NCBI GenBank assembly: GCA_030704615.1
Contig: CM060734.1
Coordinates: 57,536,001-57,600,000, forward strand
DNA length: 64,000 nt
Source of the DNA: Takakia lepidozioides
Taxonomy: Eukaryota > Plantae > Bryophyta
Reading direction: 5' to 3'
Shown: piece by piece, positions 13,301-26,627 of the stretch
Numbering within the stretch: position 1 is the first letter of the stretch
Layout: every line of letters begins with the position of its first letter
Notes under the pieces: model-generated
What the model was told of the DNA's origin: nothing
Database searches by the model: none
The model's input: the letters and a program-made list of their open reading frames with translations, nothing else
Position numbers and translations under genes: made by a program

Positions 13301-16012
13301 TCTGCAGCTACGCAGTGAACCACAACCACATCTGTACCACCCCTCAAATGCAACTACCCAGCCACACACATTATGTGCTACTTGCGCATGTCCAAACAAA
13401 AGGAAAAGGAAAATAAAACTTACACAGGCTCGGGTATGGGTGAACCACATGCTACCAATCACTGTCCAGGTCCACAAAAATGGGTAGAGTACAAACACAA
13501 GGAACGACAGCACCACAATCCGACCCTTAAAACATAACAAACTTCCCACTTGGCTGGCATCCCTGAGAGTCCACATACAACCCACAGAGTTTGAAATAAG
13601 GGGACACGCTGGCAATGAGCTTGCTGGCCTTCCAATAACACCAAAGGTAATGTCAGCCCAGATAACCACCTTTGCATGATCCCCCGACAGTGGTCAACCG
13701 AGAAATTGACCCAAAGTAGAGAACGGTTTACAAGCAGATTAATGCAGTCATAGCTCCACAGAGGGTAATAGCATGCATGGTGCAAGGAACAGCTGCATTC
13801 ATGGGTGAATGGGGGTACTTACGGGCCCAAGCCTGCAGCCAGACCATTGTCCACGAACATGAGAACACGAAACACAAATACTGTTGCATAATCAACCTGC
13901 ACTTGCCACACAAATGAAGCCCCTTAATCTTGGACCTCTTTCCTTAACATCATCACACTGAGACCATTCCAATCTAATTCATACCATATCATAGTTTGCT
14001 ACAAGTGTCAGCACTAGCTAACCTGTGTTCCCCAAGCACAAAAAGCAAGCAACCATCTCCTGCTGCTCATGACCACTCCCAGTAACCTGCTGAATTCTAT
14101 TACCACGGCATCTTCCTCCCAAGGCTTAGGATGAAGGCTTTGGATAGCCATATCTCTCTCTCTCTCTTCCCCACACAAGTCTCATGAGTACATTCTCTCT
14201 CTTCCCTAACACCGGACCTCCTCCACAGACTCACCATACAGCATGAGATCACGAGTGTGTGGAGGCTATACGAATTTCAGGAGCCCACTGATACAGAAAA
14301 GCTAGCTCCTCCCACCATGCCCTTTCCCTCTGTACTGCCCTTGTACGTGCTTCTGAGATAGACGAAGTTGTGGGCAAGACAAATAACTCAACAACGAAAC
14401 AGGCGACCAGATGGGGAGGAACATACCACTATCCATATGTGAAGAGGATAAGTGCACATATAGTATCTCTGCCAGTTGACCGAAACTACAATTCTGCTCA
14501 GCGAGAAGTTAAGGACCTCAGAATAAGAGATTAGAAAATTGTTGCAAATATGAGTCCTCCAGTTTTTACATTAATCATGGGTTACTCTGAGACAGAAAAC
14601 CCACAGAAGCTAGGATCTTCGAGAACCATTACTTCCTTGGTTTCTTCCTTTCTCTGCAATTCCCATGCTGATACAGATTGGAGAATTCCCTTATACCCTT
14701 CATGCTGAAAATTGAGTAGGTTGAGGGGTTTTGAGAAGCAGGATACACACTAGTCGCCAGCATCGATAGAAAGAAACCATCGAACCTGAAAACCCAACCA
14801 TTCCCCACCTCTCTCAGAAAACTACTCAACTACAATGAATATCCAATGTTGTACAGGGAATCTTCTCTTTTCTCTCTCTCTCCCCACCTGCCCATGGTGT
14901 GCTAGTGTCAAATCTGTTGCTAGATTGGAGGCTGCAGAAGTCGTTAACCCTACTACGACATCTACACCGGCTTACATCAAACTGCCACCAAATTGTTGGC
15001 TATGACATGCCAGTTAAAGCTCTAGTCCCAGCCAGATACTAACCTTACCCCAGCCAGTTCTGCAGCTGAAGCCCACCAGGGATCGGTCTCTCACTCTCAG
15101 CAGAATACCTTGGTGGGGGAAAACGCCCACCCAGCTTGAGGAGGGTTGGGGTACATTTCCATATGCCTGCAATCCGTGATTCAAGGCTGGCAGATGCCTC
15201 CAGACGATTGCCCACCCTCTCTTCGAAAATCTAGCGCCAACCAGGAGGAGAGTCAACCCCAAGTTCGATCTGGTGGCTCAAGGTGAGCATGCCTGGCACT
15301 AACAGGGCGTAGGGTACACAAGCTAACTCTCACAGGAAAGGCTCAATGACTACATGTCTCTCAGCAAAGCAGGCTTCTTTCACAAGAGGGGTCCCTGTTC
15401 CATGTCTTGGAAGGCCGGGCGAAGGAACAAGAAGTGACCCCAATCACCAAAAACGAAATTTGAACTGCTTCGCTGCTCCCACTAGGCAACGTCACCAAGT
15501 GTACGCTCAGCGTCATATTAGAAAGTTGATGACATGTAAGGCTGTAGCAACTACCGCGAGCATACCAACCAGCACACCCTATGCAGTAACGGTTCATGCC
15601 AGGGTGCACAACAAAGGAGTTGCCGAGATGATCGAACAATCGCCAGTCGATGTTACTCACAAACAAGGCCTCCCGGAAGACGGAGCTGCCGAATTAGACT
15701 AGTCCACGAGGAGAAGGTCATGGACAAGTCAGGGAAAAACGACCCCTAACACGCCCAGGAGATAGAGATCCACAGTGAAAGTGCAAGCACTCTACACCAG
15801 GCGAATACCACCTGACCTTAAATCGGCACCCAAAGTTAAGGCTATCCATTCACTGCGTGCATACGCAACAGAATTGGAGAGAGGCACCCCTGCAGGGTTT
15901 GCAGCGAGCGGCCAGCTCTGAATGAGGTGTACAAAATTGCTTTACAAAATGAGCAGACAGACAACGAGGGGATGAAGAATGTGTACCACTTGAAATCAAC
16001 GCCCCGCCTCAT
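10311..16012 (-). CDS. SIS3: Membrane-anchored RING-H2 E3 ubiquitin ligase, SUGAR-INSENSITIVE 3 type; 10 exons
   Basis: Exons 16012-15987 (MRRGVDFKW), 14785-14747 (FDGFFLSMLATSV), 14493-14427, 13896-13823 (VDYATVFVFRVLMFVDNGLAAG), 13562-13424, 13135-13043 (LPEEGQKWGFLIWL), 12439-12377, 11623-11495 (IRVPDWAF..YHPGLYLTP), 11366-11253 (CPICLDEF) and 10916-10311 ([26 protein letters not shown]). All junctions are GT-AG and in phase. Confidence 0.95.
14494..14746 (-). other. U12-type (minor spliceosome) GT-AG intron, SIS3 intron 2
   Basis: 5' splice site GTATCCTG (U12 consensus RTATCCTT). Branch site TCCTTAAC at 14515-14508, 14 nt from the 3' splice junction. No long pyrimidine tract. Confidence 0.85.
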
Positions 16013-18099
16013 TTGTGCGCTCTTACAGAACTTTCTGTTGGCGACTCGATATCAATCTCAGGGTTTGCATGTCAGACGCTTTGCGATCCAGATACCACAC
16101 ACGATCTCCCGTCCGGATTTGGACTCAATCGTTGAAACAACTGCTTTCAATTGACCAGTGTCAGATTCCATCGGTCGCTCTCACATGCATAGCTCGGGTT
16201 TGCAAGACACAATCGCCGGGTGTTGTTCTCCAGTGTCGATAAGACCGGTGCTATTGTTGGGAGGACCGCCACTGTGCCGAGAACACCAACTCTCTTTGCA
16301 CATAGCCACGAAAGTGAGATGATGTGCGCATGTCTGTATTTGTGAGAGAGAGGAACAGAGCGATGGCAGATGGCACTAATAGTGAAATACTCGTAACCGT
16401 CCAGACTTCCTATGATACAATAAACTCCCCAGAGATTAAGAACGCCGTACCAAAAACATATCCAGCTCTCGCACCACACCACCGATTTGAAACAGTGCAC
16501 ACGAATCAACGCCCTTCACAGAGTGGCAACGGCAAGTCCACCAACTGGATAGGCCACGAGACACGCACAAAGTGGCACACAGACACAGAAATAGAGAGAC
16601 TAATAACAATCCACCATCTCCCACACACAAAGCGATAGCGCTCTCAAGCTGAAGAATGGCTGGCACGTACAGTGCAAAAGGTTGACGGGACCGTTGGCAA
16701 TGATGGCTTGCAAGAAGCCAAAGTTGCAGAGCACTTTTGACCTGTGAAGGCTCCAGACAAGTACACGCAGACTGAGGAGGAAGAACTAGAGCTCGGCCTC
16801 GAGTACGCTGCGAGCAGCCTTTGTCCCCTTTTGTCCCTCCCCTTTTCCCCCCTCTCTTTTCCGCATCAACACACTTGCTTATGCATTGGGTTCCCGAGGT
16901 TTTACATAATGGCTCATCGCCATAATCTAACAGTTCATGTGTGATGCATTTTTCAAGAGCCAGGGTATGAGACCGGTTGTGATGTCTGGGTATTGTCAAC
17001 GCCCCATCACTCTAGCTATCTATCCGATCAACCCCAATAAGTGAATGATCCATATATCACGCTCTGAAATGCAAGCAATATGAACAACGCCCCAACTTCC
17101 AAGCGCCATCATAACGCTCTGCTGCTGATTGCAGCTTTACTTACAAGCCCTCCCGAGCCAACCCAGTGGCAAAATGCCATGTGGGCGAGGCCATGATTTG
17201 TGTTTGTCTTCGCTAATCTCGCTTTCAATGCGGCCTTGCACTCATCACGCAGATTATGTTGCAGAAAATCTGAGTTGCACTCGTCCACGATGCAACAGAT
17301 TGCCACTGCAATCAGTTATAAAGTAATCCTAGAGTTTGATGCCTGGGTGTCCCTCTTCATCTTTGTATACGTTACCAGGAAAAAAGTAGGGTTTCTGCAC
17401 TGCGGGGATTTGTGTATGTTTGCGAGGCTAATCATGCTTTGGGGGTTTGCGACATGATGCATTCACTTATTCATATTTATTCAGGCAGATTATGTTGCAT
17501 GGTGTGACGCGCATCAATGCTGCGAAATCTGTGTTTTGTGCAACTGGGTTTTGTTACGCCAACAAAACCCGTCTCATCAAGTCCCCATCCGTGTCCAACC
17601 GGGGAAGGTAGAGTGCACACCAGGAGGCGCATTGGAATGCGTGCAGGGCAGAGAATAGGTCAAGTGTGCGTAAAAGCAAGCGATGGCGTCAGTGCCATGC
17701 AGTAAGCAAAACGGCGATATTCCGTCAGTGTGTCTGCGCCACCGTCAGTCTGCTACCACCGTTAGTGACCCCAGTTGTACATACCCCTACACTAACTAAT
17801 CCTGTTACTACTTTTGACCTCCTCTTTGTCCTTTGCCTTGTCCTTAATTTTTAATTTTTTAATTTTTCCCTTAATCTCAGCCCTAGCAGATGCCTACAAC
17901 CTTACCTTCCAAGGAAGCAGTGTTTTTTCTAAGCAATTTGGAAAACAACACGAGTTGCTACAGAGTTTTGCAAGAAAAAACGGTACATTCTGTTCATCCA
18001 CATCCGTACTTTTATCCATTTATATCATCCATATTTGGCGAATTGTCCACTATTTTTATTTAAAGGGAAACACCTGGAAGCGACAGCTCACAAATCAGG

Positions 18100-18267
18100 C
18101 CCCTTGATAGTGAGAGGAGAATCACATTAACCGCACCATGGAGGCTGTGAAATGGGACACCGCCCAGGGAAGGGGGGAGAAGAATATACCACACCTGTCA
18201 AGTAGCAGGATTTGATCCCAGACTCGTCTGGGTGGCACTCAGTGCACTAACCAACTGAGCTACTGAC
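18100..18267 (-). mobile_element. tRNA-derived SINE-like element (tRNA-like head 18267-18197)
   Basis: The minus strand reads GTCAGTAGCTCAGTTGGTTAGTGCACTGAGTGCCACCC...GGGATCAAATCCTGCTACTTGAC, giving an A box, a degenerate B box and pairing ends. A related copy lies at ~51505-51570. The left boundary is approximate. Confidence 0.65.
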
Positions 18268-19485
18268 TGTTGGTTTATTTATTTTTTATTTGGAGAAATT
18301 TGGCGATTTCATCCATGAAAAAACATGGAATTTGTGAGGGAATATTTCATTTTATTTTTTGAGGTCAAATTAGCCAATAAAATGAAAGATGACAACTTTA
18401 TTGTTTTGGGTGAGAGTGGGAAGACGGTTTTGTAAGTAAATACTTTGAGCAGAAAAAGTAAAGTTTGTTTGAGCAGAGAAAGTGTTATAAAGTAAAGAAT
18501 GGCGCAGTAATTTAGGTGCTTGAATCTCAAAGTCAAGGCAGGAAATCTTGAGTGCAAGTACGAAACGCTGGTAGTTGAACCTTAAAGTAAAGACTAAAGA
18601 CTATATAACCTAAGTCATAATGGTTGCCTTCAACATGAAAGGACTGTACTAACCACGCAAACTTAATATGCCCATTTTATCTAGTAACTTTTCGGACTCA
18701 AAATCATAGGGTAAAGGTAAGCAAAAAGGCCATATGGGGCGGTTGGGCTGTATGGATGAAATATTTTAGGATGACGGTGACACCGAGAATGTCATTCATC
18801 GATGCACGAATCTCCTCAATAGTGTAACTTGGAAAAGAGAAAAGAGAAATTAAAGATAATAAAAGAAAAATAAAACGAGAAAAATATATGAATAGTAAAG
18901 AAACGATGTTGGCGTATACGCTTCCCTCCACCTCCAGGTGTCGGTCTCTCATTGGGGACCGAGGTTAGGAAGATGAAATTCATCGATTTATTTGGATGTG
19001 GACAGAAATAGTGCATGCACTTTGTTGCCGGGATTGCGCTCCCCGCCGACGTGGCCTTCCCGATCGTGGGTGCCGTGTTCCGGGTCTGTGTTCCCAGAGG
19101 CTTGGGAGCGGTGTGGGGGAACAGTGGGCAGAGTAACTGGCATGGTCAGTTACGGTTGCAAGAGGGAAGGAGACGAGAGAAATGGAGAATGTGGAAGCTT
19201 GCGAGCATCAATTTGCATTCCAATCTGCACGTATGCTCTGACTTGTTTGAGATTTCTGCAGGGTATGTCGGAAAAGAATCTCAAAGACAGATTGAAAGCA
19301 GCAGCTTGCTGTGGGCGTTGTGATATTGGACGGTAGTGCACGGGAAGTGGTTTGGTTCTGAGAAGGAGAGTTTGGTGAAAATAGATTTTTTCTGGGTGCG
19401 GAGAATCGAATTGAAGAGTGCTGCAAGGTGAGAGAGGCTTTGTATCAGACATAGAGGAGAGGCGGATAGTAATGCATGTGGCGGC

Positions 19486-21671
19486 ATGGCGATTACGGGA
19501 GCTTCGTATGTGCTACCGTGTGCACTCTCTGCAGCTTCACTTCTCCATGGAGAGCCGGGTACAGTTCGGCTGATGTCCGCCTTCCCAAGCTACCATTGCA
19601 CCCGTAAGCGCGTCAAACCCATGATTTTGATGCTCGTACTGACAATTTCAGGGTCCATGACTTTACTCTAGCCCTGGAGTTGTAACCAAAATTTACTTTG
19701 TGAACTGAAATGTCTCAATTGGAATGGTATTACCAATTGGCAGTATGGCATATGCGTAGACAGCAAGAGATCTCTAAATGGCGAGGCTTGTTTCTCCCAC
19801 ATGTCTGTAAGGTTGTCTCAAAACTCAATTGCGTGAAATCATAGAGCATGCTTTTATATTTGTTGTGTGACCTAAAGTGCGATTGGACACCTATTGTAAT
19901 TTGTCCTAGGAATCTCTTCATGTGCAGCTCTGAATTCACCTCAGACTAGTCCTGATGGGTTGGGATCCTCTGATTTTATAGGGGCTGTCTCAATTTTAAT
20001 AACGTTAGGTCACCTCTCTTCTTCTTCCTACTGTAGTTAAAAACCTTGTGCCAAACCGAGAAGAATTCAGGTGAAGAGTTTTAACTGTCTGCTAGAGTTG
20101 GAGAGTAAATTGCAGTATCTATGTGTGTGCATTCCCTCTTCCACTTCGTGCCACACAGTAAGTAGGGCCACGTGTTTTGATGTCTACAAACTAAAGTTAG
20201 AGGTGTCGAGTATATTATTATTATAAGCCTGGGTTGATCTTTCTGCAGGCAAGACAACACAGTCTTATAGAACACTGATAGTACAAATTAACTGCAACAT
20301 CGCGACATCGGGAGAAGCAGGAACTGGGCCAGTAGCAAGGTCAGGCCAAGTGACAGAGAAAACTCGGGGAGCCAGTATACAACAAGCAGATGCCACAGGG
20401 GTGGTAATTCGAGGGGCACACCTAGGTGACCTTTGGGATGTTGCTGACACACACTGTGGCGCCTTCTTCCCAGACACCAATTTCCCCTTGGATTTCATTC
20501 TGCGTGGGGATCGGTTTGTCCTTTACACCTTGCAGCTTCTAATAGGTGCATTATGACATATGAGAGGAGAGGGCCAATGGAGACCCATTTCATCTACAGT
20601 ATCTTGTAGCTCTCTTGCAGCTATAGGCGTACCACGCAGGTGTGTATGGAGGAGAATGATTGAGAGGAGGGCAAAGAATGTACTCATAAGACGTTGTTTG
20701 CCATAGCCTTGTGGCCATAGACCCCGCTCCCAGTTTGGACAGAACAAGAGGGAACAGACAAACAGACAGTACCTTCGTGGGGGGCTCGCTCCCGTAGAGG
20801 GAAGGGCAAAGAGAGAGATGGAATGAGAGAAACACCCATGCTGAGAATGCAACGGTTGGCTTGGTTTTTGTGGGGATAGAGCAATGGCGATGTTGGCCAA
20901 CCTCTCATTACCTGCAGGCCAGAAGCGAAAGTGTTTGGTGGCGGTTGAGACCCAGGTCTCTGGCAGATCAAGAACTGGTGGCCACTTGGTGACCACTGAT
21001 GTCCTAAGACCATCTGGCAGTCACTCTCGAATCTCAGCAAAGGTTCCAGATTTAATTGATGGGAAGATTTCTGGTGCTGCTACAGTTGACACATTGGCTG
21101 AGTATTTACCTCGGCGAATGCCTAAGGGACAGAGAAGGTAGAATTGAAGTTTCTGTTAGTATCTCTCCCACATATCCTTGTTCTGAGTCATTGGGTTAAG
21201 TTTGAGTTTTGATGTCGTAAGTGCCTTCACACCACATTTGAAGGCAAAACATATTCCCCACTTGGATTATTCCCATTTTTGCTGCAGAATACGAACGAGG
21301 TATGAGCGAGTCCACATTAGTTAGTTGAATGTTGCCTCGTCCCCTGCAGGCCTCACACGCGTTCTTTCTCTGTTGTGTTGTCCATGCACAGGACCGGCAT
21401 AGCTTATGTGTCGAATGTGGCAGTTCGTCAGCAGCGGAGACGCAGAGGTATAGCTCAGAAGCTTATCCGCGAGGCTGAGAAGATTGCAAAGAGCTGGGGG
21501 TGTCGCTCCATCGCGCTTCACTGTGACATGAATAACCCTGCTGCAGCCGGGCTCTATCTAGGAGAGGGGTATCGGTTGATCAAGGCTCCGAAGGGAGCTC
21601 TGTGGCCCCGGCCTAAAGCTGTGCCTGAGTCCAATTTCCAGCTGATGATGAAGCGCTTATCTATTCTTTGA
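19486..21671 (+). CDS. GNAT-family N-acetyltransferase, likely plastid-targeted; 4 exons
   Basis: Exons 19486-19603, 20249-20513 (VADTHCGAFFP..FPLDFILRGDR), 20880-21137 (TVDTLAEYLPRR) and 21392-21671 (TGIAYVSNVAVRQQRRRRGIA acetyl-CoA motif; WGCRSIALHCD). Phases are consistent. The N-terminus is Ser/Ala/Arg-rich. Confidence 0.9.
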
Positions 21672-21915
21672 GGGACTCTTTCCTCACTTCATGACCAAAA
21701 CTGGAACACTCCCTGTTCCTTCCAATCTGACTTGGTTGGAGGTGTAAGATGAATGTATATTGTGTTGGCTCAGGGTGCTAGGACTAATGCCAAAAGTTGG
21801 CTCATGGCGGATATCAATGTTGCTCTTATAAGCATCATGCCGATCATTGTAGTTGCAAGTATCTTGGTGGGCGTTGGATGTGCCAATTATCATTGGCAGT
21901 CCTCGCACGAGCAAA

Positions 21916-22569
21916 CTGCTGTACTGGTCCCCTCGAAGTACTGGTTCATTCACGTCATCAGCAGTAGCTAGAACCTCAGTTCTTACAAGGAGATCACCCC
22001 TTACGATGTGACTGTATAGTTGCAGGCTTCTTCATTACCACATTCTTTGGATACATGAGAATCAAGTAGACAGATAATCAAATTGGCTGTAAATAGCCTG
22101 GATTGATAGGAACGGACCAGTGTTGAAGCTGTATTTCTTAGCAGTGCTCTGTTAGTTTGCCTGTAACTAGTCCCAAGTACTGTATATATTATCAGAATTA
22201 CATTTTTTGAAACCCCATTTCAGAGGGAAAGATGCATATTGATGCTACTCTTTCACTTTAAAACTACTTGAGTCTCATGTGCAGTACCTATTTCAGTCTA
22301 TGAATTTTTCTGTTGCCTGATATTTGGGTTTTCATATTCCTTGATTGGCCAGGTGTCTGTAGTCTCTTGAGTTGCAATGTCTTTTCACACTGTCACTGTC
22401 AGTCCTTTCATGCTAACAAGCAGCGGTTTTCTTTATCTCAATGTACCTTTTTGCAGCTTCCAGTGTCCTACCTGATCATGTGATATAATGTTTAAAATAA
22501 AAAAAACACATCCCTGGAGCATCTGGAGTGTTACCTTCTTTCAAAACTTGGGAGAATGTTGTTCATCTG
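21916..22569 (+). repeat. Direct duplication, copy 1 (copy 2 at 32437-33157)
   Basis: CTGCTGTACTGGTCCCCTCG...GGAGAATGYTGTTCATCTG aligns collinearly with 32437-33157. It is near-identical at the left end and more diverged toward the right. Confidence 0.95.
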
Positions 22570-22749
22570 CTTAAGGCTACAGGGAACACTCTGTGTGATG
22601 GTAACCACGCGTCAGTTCATACCACTGCAATGCTACAAATGTAGCATGTCGTAGGTCTGTTCTGTTATCACCGTACTCTAGCTCCGTTTTGTTGAATCAC
22701 AGCATGCATTTGGAGTGGAGCTTGCCAAGATGTGAACTGGTGTCATTAG

Positions 22750-24117
22750 AATTTTACCTGCCGGCAGAGACTCCATCTGCAGCAATCACAATATGCTGAC
22801 ACTACATATCGTGTTTGTCAATACCTAAAAGTTTGCGATTGGTTAATGATAACTACATCAAGGTCACATTCAGCTCATGGTGCTGTAAGGACATTGCTAA
22901 GCTAAGCAGAGTTTTTGTTGTGGACAGGGATCTCATCGCCACCCCACTTCCACTGGAGATCTCATGCTCCCTCTTCATGCATGACCATTGAATGCTACCA
23001 TTGCACATTTGCTAACATTAGCTTCTAGACTGCACATGTCAAAGTACTTCTTCGCATAAGCAATGAACTTTTAGAGATCAAATGGGGAGTCCCCTAAGCC
23101 TGCGAACCTTTACTGAAAATGAATCAATACTGGCATGAAATTGTCTGCTGAATGGTCTGTACAACAGCCGAATTATCTGGACAACTCTGTAACTCAAATG
23201 TTCAGTCACAAGTGCTACACATTACAAGAAATTTGTAGAGCGTTTCTACCCTCAGTAGGACCTTGCCCTTTCGCATACTGCATCCAAAATTCTCAACCCG
23301 TGATGGCCATGTGAATTCTGCACAAAGAGTATTGCAAATCCATAAGCAGCGAAAACAGATGAAACAGAAGAATGAAATCTGATAAATAGTGACATAATTC
23401 AATAATCTCATCAGACCTCGCACTTTGTATAGTGCAGTCTCCTTCCCCTGCAACAACAAACAACATCAACTGATAGTACATATTTCCTAATCTGTAATGC
23501 AAGAGGACTTAGAGCACCTGATCAGCTTTGGGGAGGAGGCGGACAGTTTTCCTGTCGGGCCGAATCGTTTCTTGCACCAACTGATTTAAGATACTTGATA
23601 TCCAATGCAATTGGATACGAAAGCAGAAAGTCAACTCCGGCAACCGCTCAGGGAGGTCATTGAGAGTACTGAGGTCAGTTAACATCTTCTCCAATCTACT
23701 CTTCCGCAAAATAGTCATTTCCTGGGCCGGCTTGTCCAAGAGGACGCGGACCTCTGGTGCCGAGTCTTCGACGTGATGACTTTTCCTGTTAGCTATTGCC
23801 CTAGAAAATACATGAGCCTGTCCGTTCCTTGCACTTTGCCTCTTGACCTCAGTTAAAAAAGTCGTCATTTCTCTGCGGAGGCGCTCGCTTGATGTCTTCA
23901 GATCGGTTGGTAAGACGTAGCCCTTCTGCACAAGATCGGCTAGATAGCTGTTCTCCGCTCGGTTCAGAAGATACCTACACCATCCTTGCTCATCAGAGTA
24001 TTCTGGAGTCTTATACGTGTGTAAGTACCGTATCAAAGCTTGATATGAAACATATTGAATACCCTTCCCATGCACACAGTTACCTTGGGATTGCAGCTGT
24101 TTCCGTACAGTTCCCAC
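22750..24117 (-). mobile_element. Degenerate non-LTR (LINE-like) remnant, including unassigned ORF 23509-24117
   Basis: Minus-strand pieces near 23200-22900 read VVQIIRLLY, YAKKYFDMCSLEANVSKCAMVAF and WKWGGDEIPV, resembling a LINE RT C-terminus. The 202-aa ORF has no recognisable domain. Confidence 0.35.
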
Positions 24118-24628
24118 ATAGGTAGAAAACCCTTAACCCCTCCACTCATGTTGAATTTGCAGATGCTCGAGAATCTAGTCGTCTTCCTCGTCGAATTCTT
24201 TCAACAACAATTTATTCAGTTTTGCCCTTCCCCTGGCTTGCGCATTGCAAGCATTGTCACACCGGGGTAGTCGAGCGTGAGTGTTGAAAAATAAATCTGG
24301 GATCTGAAACAATGCTTTGTGAATAGAACCACCACACGCTAGAGTGTGTCATAAAAATAACAAGTTGTGGTTCTTCCCCAAGCTTCTTATATAATTCTAG
24401 CTAGGCTAAAAGCAATCTATAAAAAGACTTGCATTTTCACCTACTTTTTCTATATACAAAGTAAACCCACAAATGGACTTACTTTTTCCTTTAAAAGCAT
24501 CTCCAAACATAGACTTACTATTAATGTGTCTATCTTTGCTTGTTAGTCAAGTTGTAGATTCGTTGAATATGGAGCTGCTTATTCCAACACTCCCTCTCAG
24601 TGTGATAATCAAGCAATCTCAACCTTAA

Positions 24629-26627
24629 CCCTAACCCTTAAGTGTCAAACCAACCCGTTTTGGGTCGGTTAGGTTTCTTTAACCAGCCATAACTTCCTGT
24701 GCTTAAGGCTGATTGGCCTTTTTTTTGGCTCAATCGACAGATAATTGGTCCCCCTTCATATGGCATTGGCCAATTGGTCAATGCCTGAAGGGGTATGGGT
24801 CTGGACCAGTTGGAAGGGGGCACACTCAGCTTTTTGAGGCCAATTTGGCCCCCCTAACCTGCCCAAGTTGCTGACATGGCAACTGCGGTCAGGTTAGGGT
24901 GACTGAAAGATACCCCATAAAGGTTAGGGCAGCACGCTCCGGGGCATGGCACCCGGCGCAGGTCTGGGCATTCCCAGGCCTGGGCCCTAGCCTGAATCGA
25001 CGGCGATGGCAGCTCTGGCGAACGCCACCAGGGCGGTGCTGGAGGGAGTGCAGCCGCGATGGTGGCAGAGCTCGGGGCTCGAGAAAAACGCCAAGAGGGG
25101 TGGGCCAAACCTAGGGCGGGGATTTGAGAGGGTTGCGGGTGGAGTGGCCCCCCATGAAAGCAGGGCCGGGTAAGCCAGAGGAGCTCCCAAGCCCCCTGCC
25201 CTTCTGGGCTATGGCTCCAAATATCCTAGGCTTGCAGGCTATAACATAGGTGTGCATTTGAAGTCTTGGGCAGGGAACCTAAAGATGTGAGGGCAGTTAC
25301 CGATTGGTCCCAAACTTTTTTTGGGATCTCATATGGATGTTCATGACACTTCAACCAGACGGATTAGGAATTGAACGGCTGAATTTTTTTGTATAATTTT
25401 ATGAAGAGACAAAGAAAATGGCATATTTTGACCCCCCAATTTGTCACTACAAAGGAGCCCACTTGAGAACATTTCAGAAAAAACTGAAATTTTATGAGAA
25501 TGTGTGTTATCAGGTATGGAACAACATTCTTGAGACTCTCAAACAGAAAAAATTAAAAATGCCCAAATACGAGCAAAAAACTGCTTTTTTTGGCACCTAG
25601 TTCTTAGTGGAGATTTTTTTTTGTCCCCACTCTACACTTCATAATCTTCAGATCTGGCAGTTGGATTTTGGTGAAACTTTTTGTGGTAGGAGGTGGGGTA
25701 GGTGGGAAGTAATTCCAACGGTCAGTTTTACAGGGACACAGAGATTCTATAGATAATATTTTTTTTGTGGGCCAGGGTCATGTTTTTCCATGAGAGGGTG
25801 AAAATGAGTTTTGACACTTAGGGTTAAAGGACGAGCTATTTTTTGGTGGGCCCACTAAAAAAGAGTATATACACTTATGGATGGGGGTGTAACTTCTTAC
25901 CCCCAATGATCTAGGGGGATGAACCTTATACTTATGTGCATATCTGCTATGTACACGTCCTGTAAAAAATGTAGGCAAATTGACCATTCCATTTGGGAGA
26001 TTATAACAAAATAATATGCCCCAATTTGTAAATGTATTCAAAAATTGCATGCAAAAAATTGTTTGACCATAAAATTACAGTATCAAGTTGAATCTTCCTA
26101 GACAAAGGCCCTCCATAATCTGATTATATGGCACCTAAACCACTGTCCCCCACAAAAATCAGACCAAAATTCCAAAAATTCAGATAGGCTGCTTTGTATG
26201 TGAAATCTAGGGGGGTTAATTGTCTTGTATTGGCTTCTTTCACAATTACACCCATGAGATGATATTTGTTTTCCAATTCCTCTGGTAAGTAAGTGCCCAG
26301 TAACATTTCATAGTGCCCTGTCCAAATTTTTTGGGATTGTGATAAATTTTCAGCCCTAGATGTTATTTTGAAGATTGCCCATTTGGATGCCGCGTAGGCA
26401 AGTTAATGGTGCTCTAACACTGGATTTTCTGAACCCTTGACACTAAGAAAAAAATCTAGGGAGCAGAGCCTTTATGATTTTTTGGCGCTGTAAATTCCCA
26501 CACGTGCTCCTCTCTCACATCCACAATTTTTCTTCAGGGTTCACTTCCATCCACTATCATCCACTATCAAACTGGAGCGTGGCAAAAAACTGACGTGACC
26601 TCAGCGGGTCGCGTCGTCCTTTAGGGG
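24629..26627. mobile_element. piggyBac-like TTAA MITE family A, copy 1, split in its left TIR by family B
   Basis: TTAA at 24625-24628 and 26628-26631. The right end is CGTCCTTTAGGGG. The body 25828-26627 is highly similar to 41888-42669. Removing it restores the Copia pol end MMGIVKVEIA*. Confidence 0.85.
24635..25823. mobile_element. piggyBac-like TTAA MITE family B
   Basis: Ends are CCCTTAAGTGTCAAAC and TTTTGACACTTAGGG, flanked by (C)TAA and TTAA. A diverged relative lies at ~31900-32425. Confidence 0.75.

Noticed and set aside
18197-18267. Functional tRNA gene
   Set aside because: The T-loop reads GATCAAA rather than GTTCRA, the acceptor and anticodon arms pair poorly, and a diverged relative lies inside a TE. 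A SINE head fits better.
15014-19480. Many short ORFs from the six-frame track in the SIS3 intron 1, UTR and intergenic region
   Set aside because: They have no domains or splice support and are mostly CT/GA-rich UTR translations with non-ATG starts.
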